From NCBI GenBank assembly GCA_951406725.2, contig OX597830.1:74338001-74402000 (forward strand): a DNA stretch of 64,000 bases. Reading direction: 5' to 3'. Under the pieces are notes generated by a model. It made no database searches. It was not told the origin of the DNA and saw nothing but the letters and a program-made list of their open reading frames with translations. The DNA is from Octopus vulgaris (taxonomy: Eukaryota). The translations under genes and the position numbers were made by a program. Of this stretch, positions 26,036 to 41,781 are shown piece by piece; position 1 is the first letter of the stretch; each line of letters starts with the position of its first letter.

Positions 26036-26358
26036 GATACGACACAGTCAAAATTTAGGGGCAAGGTTGGATAATATATAAAGGCTGAGACAACGAATTT
26101 CAACAAAGAAAATAGAAGTACAAATATGCTTATGTGTATGTGTGTGCGTGTGTGTCCATCTGTATGTTTTTGCGCGTGCGATTATATATAATGTTTATCT
26201 AAATATATATATACACAGATGCCTCTGTATATACACGTATATGTATATATATGTATGTATATGTACGAATTAGTCTCTAGATTTACAGTTATATGTTTAT
26301 GTGTATATATAAATATATATATATATATATGCAAACGCACACACAAATATACATATAC

Positions 26359-26397
<39 letters not shown>

Positions 26398-26410
26398 AAC
26401 ACACATACAT

Positions 26411-26481
<71 letters not shown>

Positions 26482-26644
26482 CATACATACATGCATATTC
26501 CTTCAGCAAAATCATAGACGACACATACACACGTACATACAAACACACAAAAAACACACTCTTACACACGCATGCACATATATTTACATATAGACACATT
26601 TATATATGTACATTCATATATGTACATATATACATTTCTATATG

Positions 26645-26686
<42 letters not shown>

Positions 26687-26765
26687 TGTGTGTCTATCAA
26701 TCGATCTATCTATTTATATAACTATATATATATATGTATGTATGTACGTATGTATGTATGTATGC

Positions 26766-26801
<36 letters not shown>

Positions 26802-27264
26802 GTATGTATGTATGTATTTATGTATGTATGTATGTATGTATACTTACCTGTGTGTGTGTCTCTGAATGACGGGTACGTGTTGATGCGTGTATGTGTGAGT
26901 GTTTGCCTATATTGAATATCACCATATCTACAAGGTACCGTTGTCTCGCTTAAACAATCTAATTACAAAACCCGACATATGCTAGACATACTACAATAGG
27001 CATAAAACTACATCTGACTATCAATGGAAGCTGTGCTCACACACACACGCACACACTGATACGTATATACAATCACGCACACACATGCATATATATAGAT
27101 ACGTATCTATATATGTATAAATATATATATATATATATATATATGTAAATATATGTATATATATATGTATATAATTGTATATATATATATATATATATAA
27201 ATATATATATATATATCCCACCACCAATTCGGTGTTCAACATTCATGCCATCGTTTCATTTAAG

Positions 27265-27331
<67 letters not shown>

Positions 27332-27363
27332 GTATATATACATATATATATATTTTTATATAT

Positions 27364-27417
<54 letters not shown>

Positions 27418-27875
27418 CTATGGATACGTCTATAGTTATATGCTTATATGTCACGCATATAAAGTTTTATAAATGTACTCGGACATGAAAACGCATTCCT
27501 CAATAGATAACACAAACACGGATATATATTGTGTATGTGTAGGTATGTGCACGTGTTTGTGTGTGTGTGTGCGTGTTTGTGTGTGTGTGTGTGTGTGTGT
27601 GTGCTTGTGTGTATGACGAAATACTAACCTCAACAAATGATCAAACACGTAGGTGATGACTGTGACAATTGTTTGTCTTTTTTCTTTGTTGTAGTTATTA
27701 TTTTTTTTTAATGAGGGTTAACTTAAAATATTGATTGGAAGTATTTCAAAAATCAATCAGAAGATCTCAACCGAATGAAAACATTATGATGATAGAATGC
27801 ATACATGGGAACGTATGTACATACATTCATACATAGACATGCACATATGCACATATATACATTTATATATATACA

Positions 27876-27917
<42 letters not shown>

Positions 27918-27968
27918 CATATACATATACTTATACATATACATGTACATATACATATATATAAAGAG

Positions 27969-28008
<40 letters not shown>

Positions 28009-28339
28009 AGCCATATAAGAAATACTCATATATGTATACATATATATATATATATATGTATATGCATTTATATGTATACATATGGATATATTTATATGGA
28101 TATATTTTTTACACATACACACACACAATCATATATACATAAGCCTACGAATGTATGCACACCTGATATTCAGAGAAGCACACACAAAGTGAGGGTGAGA
28201 GAGAGTAAAAGTGTTGAAGGGAGAATCCTCAAGAGCGAGAGAGAGAGACAGAGAGACAGAGAGAGAGAAAGGAAAACAAACAGATAGACAGATAGATAGA
28301 ATAAGAAAGAGAGATTGAGACCAAATGAGGAAAGCACGT

Positions 28340-28373
<34 letters not shown>

Positions 28374-28418
28374 AATTGAGACACAAAGAAACCGATGAAA
28401 AAGAAGTAATGGATTGAA

Positions 28419-28451
<33 letters not shown>

Positions 28452-28481
28452 TTTATATGTATATATATATATATATATATT

Positions 28482-28544
<63 letters not shown>

Positions 28545-29153
28545 TATTTGGCATTTAGTCTTTTATAATCTTTTGTACTTTGAGTTGCTTCTTTGCTCTC
28601 TGCCTATCCCCATCTCCATCCGCGTCTTTGCTAATAACATTCGGTACGTTTCCAACTTTGGCAAGTTGCTCATTTACTTTTTGTTATCGCATCGATGAGT
28701 CGCAGACATGTATTGGTTCCTCCTGTTACCATTATCGTCTATTAGTGAAGCATCTGTTTGATTATACACATGCATACAAATACATATGTACATATACATA
28801 CGTGTGTGTGTGTGTGTGTAAGCATGTATGAATACATATTTGCGTGTATATTGAACTGTATGTATCTACACACACAAAAACACACACACATATATATATA
28901 TATATAAATATAATACACATACACACACTCACACACACAACCAGGGTCAGACAAAGGCAAGAACTCACACGCACACAAATATAGTATATAAGGAGAGATA
29001 TGGACATATGTATAAGTACACTTACATGGTCATATCTAAGAATATTACATTTATTTCGGTCCGTGAGCGCGAGCATGTGCGTGCCCAAGATGCAGTGCGT
29101 TCCTATCTGAGCGTGTGGATTCATATATATATTCGACTATTCATGCTTGTATA

Positions 29154-29207
<54 letters not shown>

Positions 29208-29738
29208 CATACAGAAATCTACACAATTATAGTTATATATATATATTTATAAACATTCATATATATATACTGCATGATAACAAAAGAAACCATTTCAGAT
29301 GTCTTTGATACTTTTGGCAGCGTTATTACTATATCTTTCATTTTCCCATTGTCTCTTGCATATTTCTTCTACGTATCTTCACAATCATGACCAACGCCAT
29401 AACACCTTCTTTATCTCTTTAATCATCATCACCATCATCATCATTATATTCGTTATAATGATGACGATAATCATCATCATCATCATCGTCGTCATCATCA
29501 TCATTCTCCTTGAGCTTCTTAGTTTCGTTGTTGTTTCTGGTTTACTTTTTCTTCTTGTTTTCCTCTTCTTCTTATCATCATCATCACAATCACCAACATC
29601 TTCATCATCATCATCATCATGATTATTATTATTAGCATTCCGCCGAGATCGACTTTTCAATTCATTCTTCGTGGTCGATAAAATAGTGCCGTCTTAATAC
29701 TGAGGTTCATGTAATCCCTACTCAGAAAATTCCAGGCC

Positions 29739-29893
<155 letters not shown>

Positions 29894-29894
29894 G

Positions 29895-30125
29895 AGGCGG
29901 CGAGCTGGCAGGATCGTTAGCACGGAGGACGAAATGCTTAGCAGTATTTCATTTGTTGCTACGTTCTGAGATCAAATATCGCCGAGATCGACTTTGTCTT
30001 TTATCATTTCAGGGTCGATAATTTTTTTACTAGTGGAACCCTGGGGGGTCAATGTTATCGACTAGACCCCCTCCACCCAAATTTCAGGTATTGTGCCTAT
30101 AGTAGAAAGGATTATTATTATTATC
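29895..30125 (+). mobile_element. SINE family A with (ATT)n tail
   Basis: AGGCGGCGAGCTGGCAG head directly after a (TTA)n array; tail AGTAGAAAGGATTATTATT. Confidence 0.85.
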
Positions 30126-30460
30126 ATATATCATTATATAACTGTTCAACATTTAGTAGATAGAGGCAAATTTCTATTGCATCACCAGCTACAATTCCAT
30201 GTTGTTGGTGGTGGTGGTGGGGGGTGTCAAGCATTGTGTTAGTTTTTTTTTCCTCTTGAGGTGTAGTGCAATCTTTTGTTATGTTGCTCCTTGTATTGTG
30301 CGTTGAATGTGTAATGCATTGATTATCTAGCTTACTGGTGGAAGTTTATTTAACTGGGTAATTACAGTATAGAGTGTGTAGTGTATTTGAGGATTGTTTT
30401 GTATAGGTTGTATTATTGGATTGATAGTGTCTTGCATAAGATGTGGCCTGTTCCTCTCAT
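30126..30460 (-). mobile_element. R4/Dong-type extreme 3' end (last codons + 3'UTR + (TAA)n tail)
   Basis: Minus strand reads RGTGHILCKTLSIQ*, resembling the R4 C-terminus LLGTAHILRK.L (cf. LLGTAPIV near 61200). It ends in TAA repeats and lies between two (TTA)n tracts. Confidence 0.6.
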
Positions 30461-30478
30461 CGTCATCATCATTATTAC

Positions 30479-30549
<71 letters not shown>

Positions 30550-30551
<2 letters not shown>

Positions 30552-30755
30552 TAAGTGAGCTGGCAGAATGGTTATTACGCCGAATAAAACTCTCTGCAGT
30601 AATTCTTCTACCGTTGCATTCTCAGTTCTATTTTCACAGAGGTCGGCATTCAGCTTTTCAGTATCCATAAAATACCGGTTGAACACAGGCATCGATGAGG
30701 CCAGATTGTTTCTCCCACGAAATTGCTAGCTTTGTGCCAAAATTAGAAATCATTT
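30550..30755 (+). mobile_element. SINE family A, decayed
   Basis: GAGCTGGCAGAAT head after (TTA)n; diverged body. Confidence 0.65.
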
Positions 30756-30819
30756 ATCAGATTAGGCAGAAGTGCAGGTAGAAATATTAACAAATCAGAA
30801 AAAAAATTCTTAGACCGTA

Positions 30820-31343
30820 TTCTTTTCACGTGTTTCAGTCATTTGATTGCGGCCTGGCTGGAGCATTGCCTTGAAGTGTTTTAGTCGAGCAAATCGACCC
30901 CGGGACATAGAATTTAAAGCCTTGTACATATTTCTATCGGTTGCTTTTGTCGAGCCGCTAGATACGGGGACGTAAGCACACCCGCCCCAGTTGTGATGGG
31001 GTGCAAACACAGAGATTTATACACATAGATACAGACACAAACAAGCAAATTATATCCATATATATATATGCATGTGTGTGTATATATAGATATATACACG
31101 TGTATATATATGCATACACACACACACGCACACACACACACTCACACACACATATATATATACATATATATATATGTATACGACAGGCTTTTTCATTTTC
31201 TCTCTACGAAAACCACTCACAAGTCCTTGGTCGGCACTAGGCTAGAGCAGAAGACACCCGTGCCAGGTGCCACGCAGTGGGACTGAATCCGGAATCATGT
31301 GTTTGGGAAGCAAAATTCTTGCCATAAAACCACGCCTGCGCCT
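30820..31343 (-). mobile_element. SINE family B, full-length
   Basis: Colinear with 5524-5954; ends CCACGCCTGCGCCT. Confidence 0.85.
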
Positions 31344-31974
31344 GTATTATATTATGATTAGACACCATTCTCCCGGCTCTTTCTGTTCTCTCTTCATATA
31401 CAGCCAAAATCAACTCAGCCTTACATCATTTCGGCTTGATGAAATAGAAAACTTGTCAAAAAGTGGGGCTTATACAATGGCCACCCTGACAACAAAATTT
31501 CAGGTCATTACTATGAAAGGTTTCATCCGCGTTACGTTAAATTTCTCAATGTCATGTTCTACTTTTACTTTTTCTATAATCTGTTCTTTCTATATTTTGT
31601 TCTTTCTCTCTTATTTTCTTTCCTTTATTTTCTCTCTTGTTCGGTTTCTTTTCCCTACCCTTATGTCCTTTCTTTCTTTCTCTCTCACTGACGCTGTCCA
31701 AGATATTCCTTATCATCTACTTACTCTTAACGTAAGTGTCATAGATTTTACAAATTACATCAAGAAAAATTTCTTTTCTACCATTTTGCATATGTCTGTT
31801 TCAGCGTGCCTGTGGTCGTAAGTAAATATCCATATCCATACGAAGAAACAGATGCTCATAATCACATGCATACATACATATATACATACGAACATATATA
31901 TATATATATATACTTTCTTTCTCACTTGACCATTGGTAGCGGAGAATTTTTCTAGAATTTCTTGCTACCTTAAA

Positions 31975-32018
<44 letters not shown>

Positions 32019-32103
32019 ATATGTATATATATACTTCATGAGTTTGTATGTTGATATAAGTATATATTTGGAGAATTTTTCTAGAAGTTTTTGCTACCCT
32101 ACA

Positions 32104-32188
<85 letters not shown>

Positions 32189-32669
32189 TATATACATACA
32201 TATGTGCGTCTATATATTTTTAATCACACAGTAACATATAACTAGATGTTATAATCTCGTATATTCAAATATTCATATCAGTCAGTTAGTGAGGTAGCAT
32301 TGCCCGTCAGCCAGCCAGCTAGCCGGACAGTGAGCCTGACAATCTTATGTTGAATGTATTAAAACTAACATTTATTTCTAGCCCGGAAATTACCATCACT
32401 AAATCTTGGAATCATGAACGTGTGTGGCTAAAGCTTGAACGCTTTTGTTCTTTCAATCCGAAAAACTCATACAATATATATAAATATACATGTACACGTA
32501 TTTATTTATATGTATTAGTTTATATATATATATATACATCAACAACAAATGGTATTATTCAAACAAACAAAATATATAGGAACACGCTTAGAAATATATG
32601 TATGTGAGTGTATCATTGAAATGTGTGTGCAGGTGTGCGAGAGTAAATATATATATATGAATGCATATG

Positions 32670-32722
<53 letters not shown>

Positions 32723-32875
32723 CATACATATATATATATGTATATATGTACATGTATATATGCATGTATATATATGTATATATATATATATGTGTGTGTG
32801 TATGTGTATATATGTATGTGTACGTATATATGTATGTGTATATATATACAAATGTATGTATGTATATATGTATAC

Positions 32876-32941
<66 letters not shown>

Positions 32942-32942
32942 G

Positions 32943-32996
<54 letters not shown>

Positions 32997-33207
32997 CACA
33001 CACACATATATATTTAATATGTATAAATCTGTATATACGCGCATTCACATACATACACACTCGTATACTTAGACTAAGAAAATAAATAACCAAGTATTCT
33101 TGCAGTAGCTTCATTATTTATTATTGATACTGATGTGTGTCAATTAGTTTTCAGGTCTGGAGTTTTTTCGTCAATAACTACGTATACAAAACATCAAAGA
33201 GAGATAA

Positions 33208-33210
<3 letters not shown>

Positions 33211-33284
<74 letters not shown>

Positions 33285-33582
33285 AATATAAGTATAAATA
33301 TAAATATATATATATATATACACACACATATATACATATATATTTACGGATGTATACTCAAATATTAATACAAAATTTCTATACGATTATCTTAAAAGGT
33401 AAAAAAAAATCATATTCACACATACATATACAACCACACAAATATTAGATATACATGGATATCCATATATATATATATATATATATAAATATATATATGT
33501 GTGTGTGTGTATGTGTGTACATATATATATTACATATATATGTATATATATCTATATATATGTGTATACATATATATATATG

Positions 33583-33628
<46 letters not shown>

Positions 33629-33725
33629 TATATACATACATATATATATATGTATACACATATATATAGATATATATACATATATATGTAATATATATAT
33701 GTACACACATACACACACACACATA

Positions 33726-33757
<32 letters not shown>

Positions 33758-33935
33758 GGATATCCATGTATATCTAATATTTGTGTGGTTGTATATGTAT
33801 GTGTGAATATGATTTTTTTTTACCTTTTAAGATAATCGTATAGAAATTTTGTATTAATATTTGAGTATACATCCGTAAATATATATGTATATATGTGTGT
33901 GTATATATATATATATTTATATTTATACTTATATT

Positions 33936-34009
<74 letters not shown>
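33211..34009. repeat. ~800-bp palindrome centred on (TA)n near 33611
   Basis: The unique segment 33345-33466 recurs inverted at ~33756-33877. ORFs 33137(+) and 33774(-) share the identical peptide [35 protein letters not shown]. Confidence 0.95.
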
Positions 34010-34011
<2 letters not shown>

Positions 34012-34569
34012 TAAAAACCGATAGAGAGGAATATATAAGTATATACATATATGTGTATGTGTGTATGCATATATTTATATATGTGTGTATCTATGTATAT
34101 AAGTGTATATTTTCATGTCTGTTTCTGTGATTATCGCTCGCTCTCTCTCTCTCTCTTTTACTCTCTCTCTCTCTTACTCTCTCTCTCCCTCTTACTTTCT
34201 CTCTCTATCTATCTATCTATTTATTTATTTTTCTATCTATCTATCTGTTTATGTATCTTTCTGTCTATCCTCCTATTTATATTTATATATATTTATATAT
34301 GCATGTGTGAGTGATATATATATAGAGAGAGAGATGAGGAGGAGGATGAGTGAGGTGATAAGCCACTGTGTAGATAATTGTGTTAGTGTTCATATACTGC
34401 CAGCATCGATGTTGGTTCCTCTCAGTAAATGCACGATTTACTTACGCAATTACTTATTGGGATAAACATTAAACATCTCAATTTTCTCATTTATATTTTA
34501 CATGTAATTACCAATGGCTTGTATTAACAGGTTTTGAAATAATGAACGACAACAAGTCAATTATATATG

Positions 34570-35121
34570 CTAATATTTGGACGCTATCCACACGACCCTT
34601 GAGAAAGCAATTCATTGCATCTTCAGTAAGAAGATTTTTGTATACAAAAGCAGTGTAATCTTTGACCTATTTGAAGGATCTTAAGTTTGCTGAACAACTG
34701 AGATTTATGTCGAAAATCTTGCGATAAAATGACCACTCACGGAGACAACCGAAATGAAGTACGGACATCGGTAAACATAAGTAGATTATACCCAAGGAAT
34801 ATTCTGGTCTGCAGACATAGCTACGTGGATGAAGGTTCATTCTTCAGTGGGATAACTAGTCGGACACTTTGCAGCTCTTTAGGTGTATATTGGCAAATTC
34901 TGGACAAATCTTGGTACTTACTTATTTTCTCATCTTCTTTGCCCTCTACATTCATGCCCGCAGATATATCCACGTCTAAAACGACACATTGCTGTTTTGC
35001 CTTGTCCAGAGCCATCACAATTGGTCGCCTGGTATGAATTTCACGATGAGTTTGCAAATGGAGGTTCCACAAAGCCTTACATAGCTCGTTCCTTATTACA
35101 AGTTCGAGTTCATGTTCGGGC

Positions 35122-35122
<1 letters not shown>
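34570..35122 (-). mobile_element. R4/Dong-type RLE-domain fragment (5'-truncated, decayed)
   Basis: LWNLHLQTHREIHTRRPIVMALDKAKQQCVVLDVDISAGMNVEGKEDEKISKYQDL matches the RLE pattern WD..QT....RRPDI...DK...C..IDV..P.D.N...KE.EK..KY.DL. It abuts the (TTA)n array at 35124. Confidence 0.8.
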
Positions 35123-35201
<79 letters not shown>

Positions 35202-35756
35202 GAGTGAGAGAGCAGTTCATGCCATCAAAGTGACACTGGGGTAAAATATACGAAGCCCAATATACCCATCATGACTACCCGTCTGATAAGGGTACACCAG
35301 TCACATGCATCACAACCATATGTGCGCGACATGGTGATCTCATATCAAGATAAACAGCACATGACCTTGCAGGTGGGGCCCAGTTAGAATTTTCTTCAGG
35401 TTGAGTAGCCCATCCCGCTCAAAAGGTCCCTGAATAAGGATTGTTTAAGGATGTTGAAAGAACCACCCATGTTTCCAGAGGTGAATTATTCAAACCCCAA
35501 AGAATCCCTCTCAACACATGGCTATGATGCTCCCCCACTACTTCTGCTCGTGATCAGAGATGCATATATCGTCAGCCACTAAGGGACATGCTCAACTGGT
35601 TAAGGTCAAACAACTGACAAGCAAATCTGTGGTATTGAGCAGAATATTTGGTGTAGCCCATCTTTTATACCAAGACAAAACAATGTACATGATAACACTT
35701 CCAATCAATTAAGATCAGAAGCCATGAGAACCACTGCCTGGTACTGCATCAGGGCA
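35202..35756. mobile_element. ~555-bp unclassified interspersed element, copy 1, inside (TTA)n
   Basis: Runs GAGTGAGAGAGCAG...GCATCAGGGCA and is homologous to 36163-36710 and 49732-50269. Both ends abut TTA repeats. Confidence 0.85.
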
Positions 35757-35763
35757 TTTATTA

Positions 35764-35882
<119 letters not shown>

Positions 35883-35916
35883 GTTGTTGTTGTTCTTCTT
35901 CTTCTTCTTCTTCTTC

Positions 35917-35996
<80 letters not shown>

Positions 35997-36058
35997 GTTG
36001 TTGTTCTTCTTCTTATTATTATTATTATTATCATTATTATTATTATTATTATTACTAT

Positions 36059-36152
<94 letters not shown>

Positions 36153-36162
36153 GTCATTATTT

Positions 36163-36920
36163 AGTGAGAGAGCAGTGCATGTCATCCAATTGAATCTGGA
36201 GTAAAATATACGAAGTTCATTAGACCCATCATGTCTACCTCCCTGATAAGTGTATACCAAGCACAAACATCACAAACATATGTGTGCCACATGCTGATCT
36301 CATATAAGGATAAAAGCCCATGACCTTGCAGGTGGGTCCCAGTTAGAATTTTCTTCAGGTCGAGTAGTTCATCCTGCTCAAATGTCCCTGAATAAGGGTT
36401 GTTTGAGATGTTGAACAAACCACCTATGATTCCAGAGGTGAATTATCTAACTCCAAAGAATTCCTCAACACATGGTTACGATGCTCCCCTACTACTTCTG
36501 CTGTTGATCAGAGATGCCCATATCATCAGCTACCAAGTGCAATGCTCAAGCGGTTAAGATCAAACAACTGACATGCAGATCTGAGGTATTTATGAAAATA
36601 TTTGCTGTAGGCCATCTATTATACCAAGACAAAACAATGTTCATGATAACACTTCCAATCAATTAAGATCAGAAGCCATGAGAGCCACCGTCTGGCACAG
36701 AATCGAGGCATTGCTCCCCCACGACTTCTGCTCGTGATCTGAGATGTACATATTACCAGCCACGAATGGACATGCTCAACTGGTTAAGGCAAAAAAACTG
36801 ACAAGCAAATCCGTGGTATTGAGCAGAATATTGGCTGTAGTCCATCTTTTATACCAAGGTAAAACAATGTACATGGTAACACTTCCAATCACTTAAGATC
36901 AGAAGCCACGAGTACCACTG
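36163..36920. mobile_element. Same element, copy 2 (36163-36710) plus tandem partial copy (36712-36920)
   Basis: Colinear similarity to 35202-35756. The partial copy repeats the right-hand ~200 bp (GCTCCCCCAC...AAGATCAGAAGCC). Confidence 0.85.
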
Positions 36921-37018
<98 letters not shown>

Positions 37019-37023
37019 CATCA

Positions 37024-37105
<82 letters not shown>

Positions 37106-37108
37106 TAC

Positions 37109-37157
<49 letters not shown>

Positions 37158-37160
37158 TAG

Positions 37161-37368
37161 AAGGTGACGAGCTGGCAGAATCGTTAGCGCGCAGGGCAAA
37201 ATGCTTAGCGTCGTTTCATATGTCCTTACGTTCTGAGTTCAAATTCCGCCGAGGTCAATTAGGCATTTCATCATTTCTGGGTTGATAAAATAAGTACGCA
37301 AAGGGGTCGATGTAAACAACGGGAATTCTCCTCCAAATTTCAGACATGGCTTATAATAGAAAGGATAA
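37161..37368 (+). mobile_element. SINE family A
   Basis: AAGGTGACGAGCTGGCAGAATCGTTAGC...GTTCTGAGTTCAAATTCCGCCGAGGTC directly after (TTA)n. Confidence 0.85.
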
Positions 37369-38446
37369 TGAATTTGTAGAAGATCAAGTGGTGTTCTTGT
37401 TTATAGGATTTGATATGACCTCCATTATTGGTTTCAAACCACGGATTGAGATAACTATTATTGCAAAAAATTATCAAAGAAATGCGTTCTTAGTTTGAAT
37501 AAATATGCATGTGCGCGCTAGTAAGTGTGTGTGTGTCTGTGTGTTGTATGTGAGCTCGTGCGCGTGCGACTATGTATGTGTGCACCTGAATAGTGTGTAG
37601 AAGTATGGTGGTTTATATACGTGTGTGTGTGTTTGTGTGTATGTATATATATATGTCGAAATATTTATATATAAACGTTTAAGTCTTCTAATTTCTGTAT
37701 CTTTCTCGCTCCTACTTATTTCTTCTCTCTCGCACTCTCTCTCTCTCTCTCTCTCTCTCTGTAAATTATCTCTTTCTTTCTCACCTCATTCACTGCAATA
37801 TTTTATAGAATTTTACTTAAATGTCTTTTAACATCTTAACATACATTGCTATCTATATTTCGAATTACGATATCAACTTCTTCCTCAATATCTATTTCAC
37901 ACCTTCTCTCCCTCTCTTTCTCATCTATCTCTCTCTCACTCTCTCTCTCTCTCTCTCGTTCTCTCTCTCAACCTCGCACTTTTAGTCTTTCTCTATATCT
38001 CTGTCATACACGTATTTACTCTATATTTCTCAGCCATTCACACTCACTACTTCTGTTACTTCATTTTATTATTTAAATATCCTTGGAATTGTATCTATTT
38101 ATTTTTACTATCCAACCGTCTTTATTTTCACTCTATCATTCCCATTCTTGCCATATTCTCGCCTATACAAAATGATTGTAACATTAACAAAATACATTAA
38201 CTTCATGTCACCGAGTGTATCTCAATATATCACATTTGTATTTCGACAGTTATTAGCTATTTGAAGGCTATCTTGCTCCTGTTTAAATAACATTATTTTT
38301 TTCTCTTAGTATATGCATCAGAGATATGTGTGTACATACATTTGTACGTATGTATAACACGTATGTATTTATACATATATATGCATATATATATATATAT
38401 ATATATATACATGAATATATATGTACATATATGTATGTCTGTATAC

Positions 38447-38500
<54 letters not shown>

Positions 38501-38735
38501 ACATTTATATGTTGTATATGCATATGTGCTTATGGATTTATAAACACACAAACACACATATTTATATACAAGTATATGCTTCTATATGTATTCCTGTTTA
38601 TGCATTTATACATATACATATTTATATATATATATATATGTTTTTATATATGTTTGAGTGTTTTTGTCTATATATATGTATGTATATATCTTATATTTAA
38701 ATTGCTACATACGTAACATACCTACACACATATGC

Positions 38736-38800
<65 letters not shown>

Positions 38801-39924
38801 GATTGAGAGAGAGAAATACAAAAATATCATTTATATATTTATGTATAAACGTGGAAGTGGAGCGACGCAGTTTGCCTGATATCATTTAAAACACAACTGC
38901 CAAATATTACAATATTCCACACGAAAAACGAAACCTGATAAACAACATAAAAAAAAAAAAATAACATAAAAAAAAATCTTGTTGATAACACAGCCATCTC
39001 ATACAAATTTTCTTGCAAAATCTATAAGATTGCTTATGGAAAATGTATCAACAGCAAAACAGAAATCACTAAACAGAAAGATAACGTACCAAAACAAAGA
39101 ATTAAAATCAGTCACAACAAAGAAAAAGTTCTAAGATTTGGAAAGAATCCTGTTTTTAACATGGCTATAGACCATTTGAAATGCGATGTTGAACGCATTA
39201 TCATTAGCAGGGTATTATTATCATGAAACATTTGAAGCTGTGATAATTCGCCTATATATTAGCTTCTATTTCATGCCGGCATAGAGTATATTCGAGTAAA
39301 TTATCAAGGTTTGTGCTTCCGTTTGTTTTTAGATGATCGGTTGTGATTTGAATGGGTTGCTTTTGTTATTTCTAGAGAATCACGCGACCACAACGAAGCA
39401 TTTATTGTTTCCTTTTCGTTAGTTCCTTACTCCGCCAATGTTGACTATGTGTCATTGTATTTATGTTAACGTCAATGTAATATTTTTAAAGGTAAACTGG
39501 TCTTTGCACATACATGGCATATTCCCACTACACACTACCACTGAATTTCCAGTGCAGCACGGCACCCACCAGCGTCGCTTCAGCGGTTGCTCATAGGTCT
39601 CGAGGAACCTGGGTAGAAAACGTATGCTCAAGTGTCAGATGTTCTAACTTTTCAAATAATTTATTTAATGTTGGACTGGGCGGATTTCGTATAGAATATT
39701 TGAAGTGATATACAGAAATTGTATATTAAGAATAAGGAGGCGGTCAGAGTTGTGGATAATTCTTCATGAGCGCTTCCCTTCGTTTAACCGAAATCTTGAA
39801 GGCTTCGGTTAAAAGAACAAAAGCACTAATAAAGAATTATCCAAACTTCGGATATATATATATATATATTGTATATATTATGTTATATTATATATATATA
39901 TATATTGTATATATTATTTTATAT

Positions 39925-39956
<32 letters not shown>

Positions 39957-40343
39957 CACAAAAATATATATAAACTTACTTGGAAATGTATGCGACTCGG
40001 GCAATTAAATAGTGAAAAAATATTATATATACATAGATACTTGCATATATGGGTACAGGATGTCAACAACGATGCAAATAACATAAAATTCGTAAGCAAC
40101 GAAAAGAAAAATGGAAAACAGGACTAGTAAACACTGAGAAAGAAGCCTTCATCAGTTGTCGGCTCTGTATCTACTCCTCATTTCGAGCATTCAATAACAT
40201 GAGTCGTCAAAATATTTGCTGCCATAAATTCTAAACTAAAATTTATTATTTATGGAGGGTCAGAGTTGGGAACAAAAATATAACAGAGGAGACATACAAG
40301 GAAACCAAAGGAAAACAAACGTGGAGGATCCTTAGACCATATA

Positions 40344-40396
<53 letters not shown>

Positions 40397-41043
40397 CTTT
40401 TTATCTTTTATGGGTTCCAGCCTGAGGCTGCACCGCCTTTACTACATCGGGGTTTTTTTCAGGACGGCCTCTGGTGAAGTAGCGAGCTGGCCTTTGCCGC
40501 TCTTCTTTGTACCTCTTGCCGCGACTTGGGTTCACCCGGTATTTATTAAAAATAAACTGTCTAGACGTATTTTGAGGACTTCCATGTCTAAACCGTGCAG
40601 ATCTCTGATGTTCAGTGGTTGTTGTGGTCCCTTGAATCCCAAACTATTACGATATTGAGTTCGTATCCTCGGTTGCGAAGATGTGACTTTTGGTATATAT
40701 ATATTCACGGTTTTACGGTACAGTTTTCGTTTACTAAATTCACTTACAAGGCATTACACAGACCGGGATTGTAATAGAATACACTTAGCATATGTACTCC
40801 CAGAAACACTGAACTTGAAACTACCTGACTGTAGGGCGTACTTCTTACCCACGGAGCCATACCTGTCCAATATTTTGACAAATATTTCCGTTGATCCCTT
40901 TCTCTGGTATGACTTCTTCGACTTAGTTTCTGAATATAAAATATTGAAACATATTTAATAGTTATTTTCAAGTGATGTACAAATCTCTGATGAGACTATT
41001 GTGAGGATGAAAAATTGATCATTTATTATGGTCATTTTTTTTC

Positions 41044-41435
41044 TATATGTGCAGACGAGAATGTGTGTTAAGGAGTTTTCTTCCCAGCCATATGGATTCG
41101 AGTGCAGACCTTTGCATTGCACCTTGGACAATCGCCTTTTGCCTTTGCCTTAAGTCCACCAAAACCTTTATTAGCAAATTTGATAGACTTAAACTGAAAG
41201 AAGCATCTCACACACAGACACACACACACGCACATACTTAAATATTTGTGAGTGTTGTGAGGGATTCTACGTGTATGTATGAGTGTATGGCTGTTTGCCT
41301 TTGACCTCGGCAAAAGAAACCAATGAATTAAGTATCATACTTGAATATATAAACAAGTAATCGGATCAGTTTGTTCGACCAGACCCTTCAAGGCACCACC
41401 CCAACATAGCCTTAGTCGAATAACTACAAAAAGTA
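41044..41435 (+). mobile_element. SINE family B, decayed
   Basis: Diverged head, AAACTGAAAGAAGC, CGGCAAAAGAAACCAAT. Confidence 0.55.
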
Positions 41436-41781
41436 CACGACGACAGATAAAATACGGTTCTGAATAAAGGTTCTGGTGTAGAAATGTCTGTAAGTCCTGT
41501 AAATTCTTATCAATAGCATATTTTATTCTTTAATTACTTACAGAAAAATAAAGAAGCAAATGATGTACTGCAATCAGTTTTTATTCTCAAACGAATTGGA
41601 ATATGTCATATACAATGTAATATATAATGAAAGTAATACATGTTCTGAAGCTATATGCTCACCGTCACACATAAGTTTTCCATTGTGATCCTTTGTATTT
41701 TAGCCCCAGCCAACTGTATCTCTCACACAAATAAAATGGTTAAGACCTTATATTGGATTTTTATTAATGTTCATTCAAAAT

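Noticed and set aside
40145-40192. CUGAUGA and CGAAA on the minus strand as a hammerhead
   Set aside because: The order would require a type-II topology, and stems I and III do not pair convincingly.
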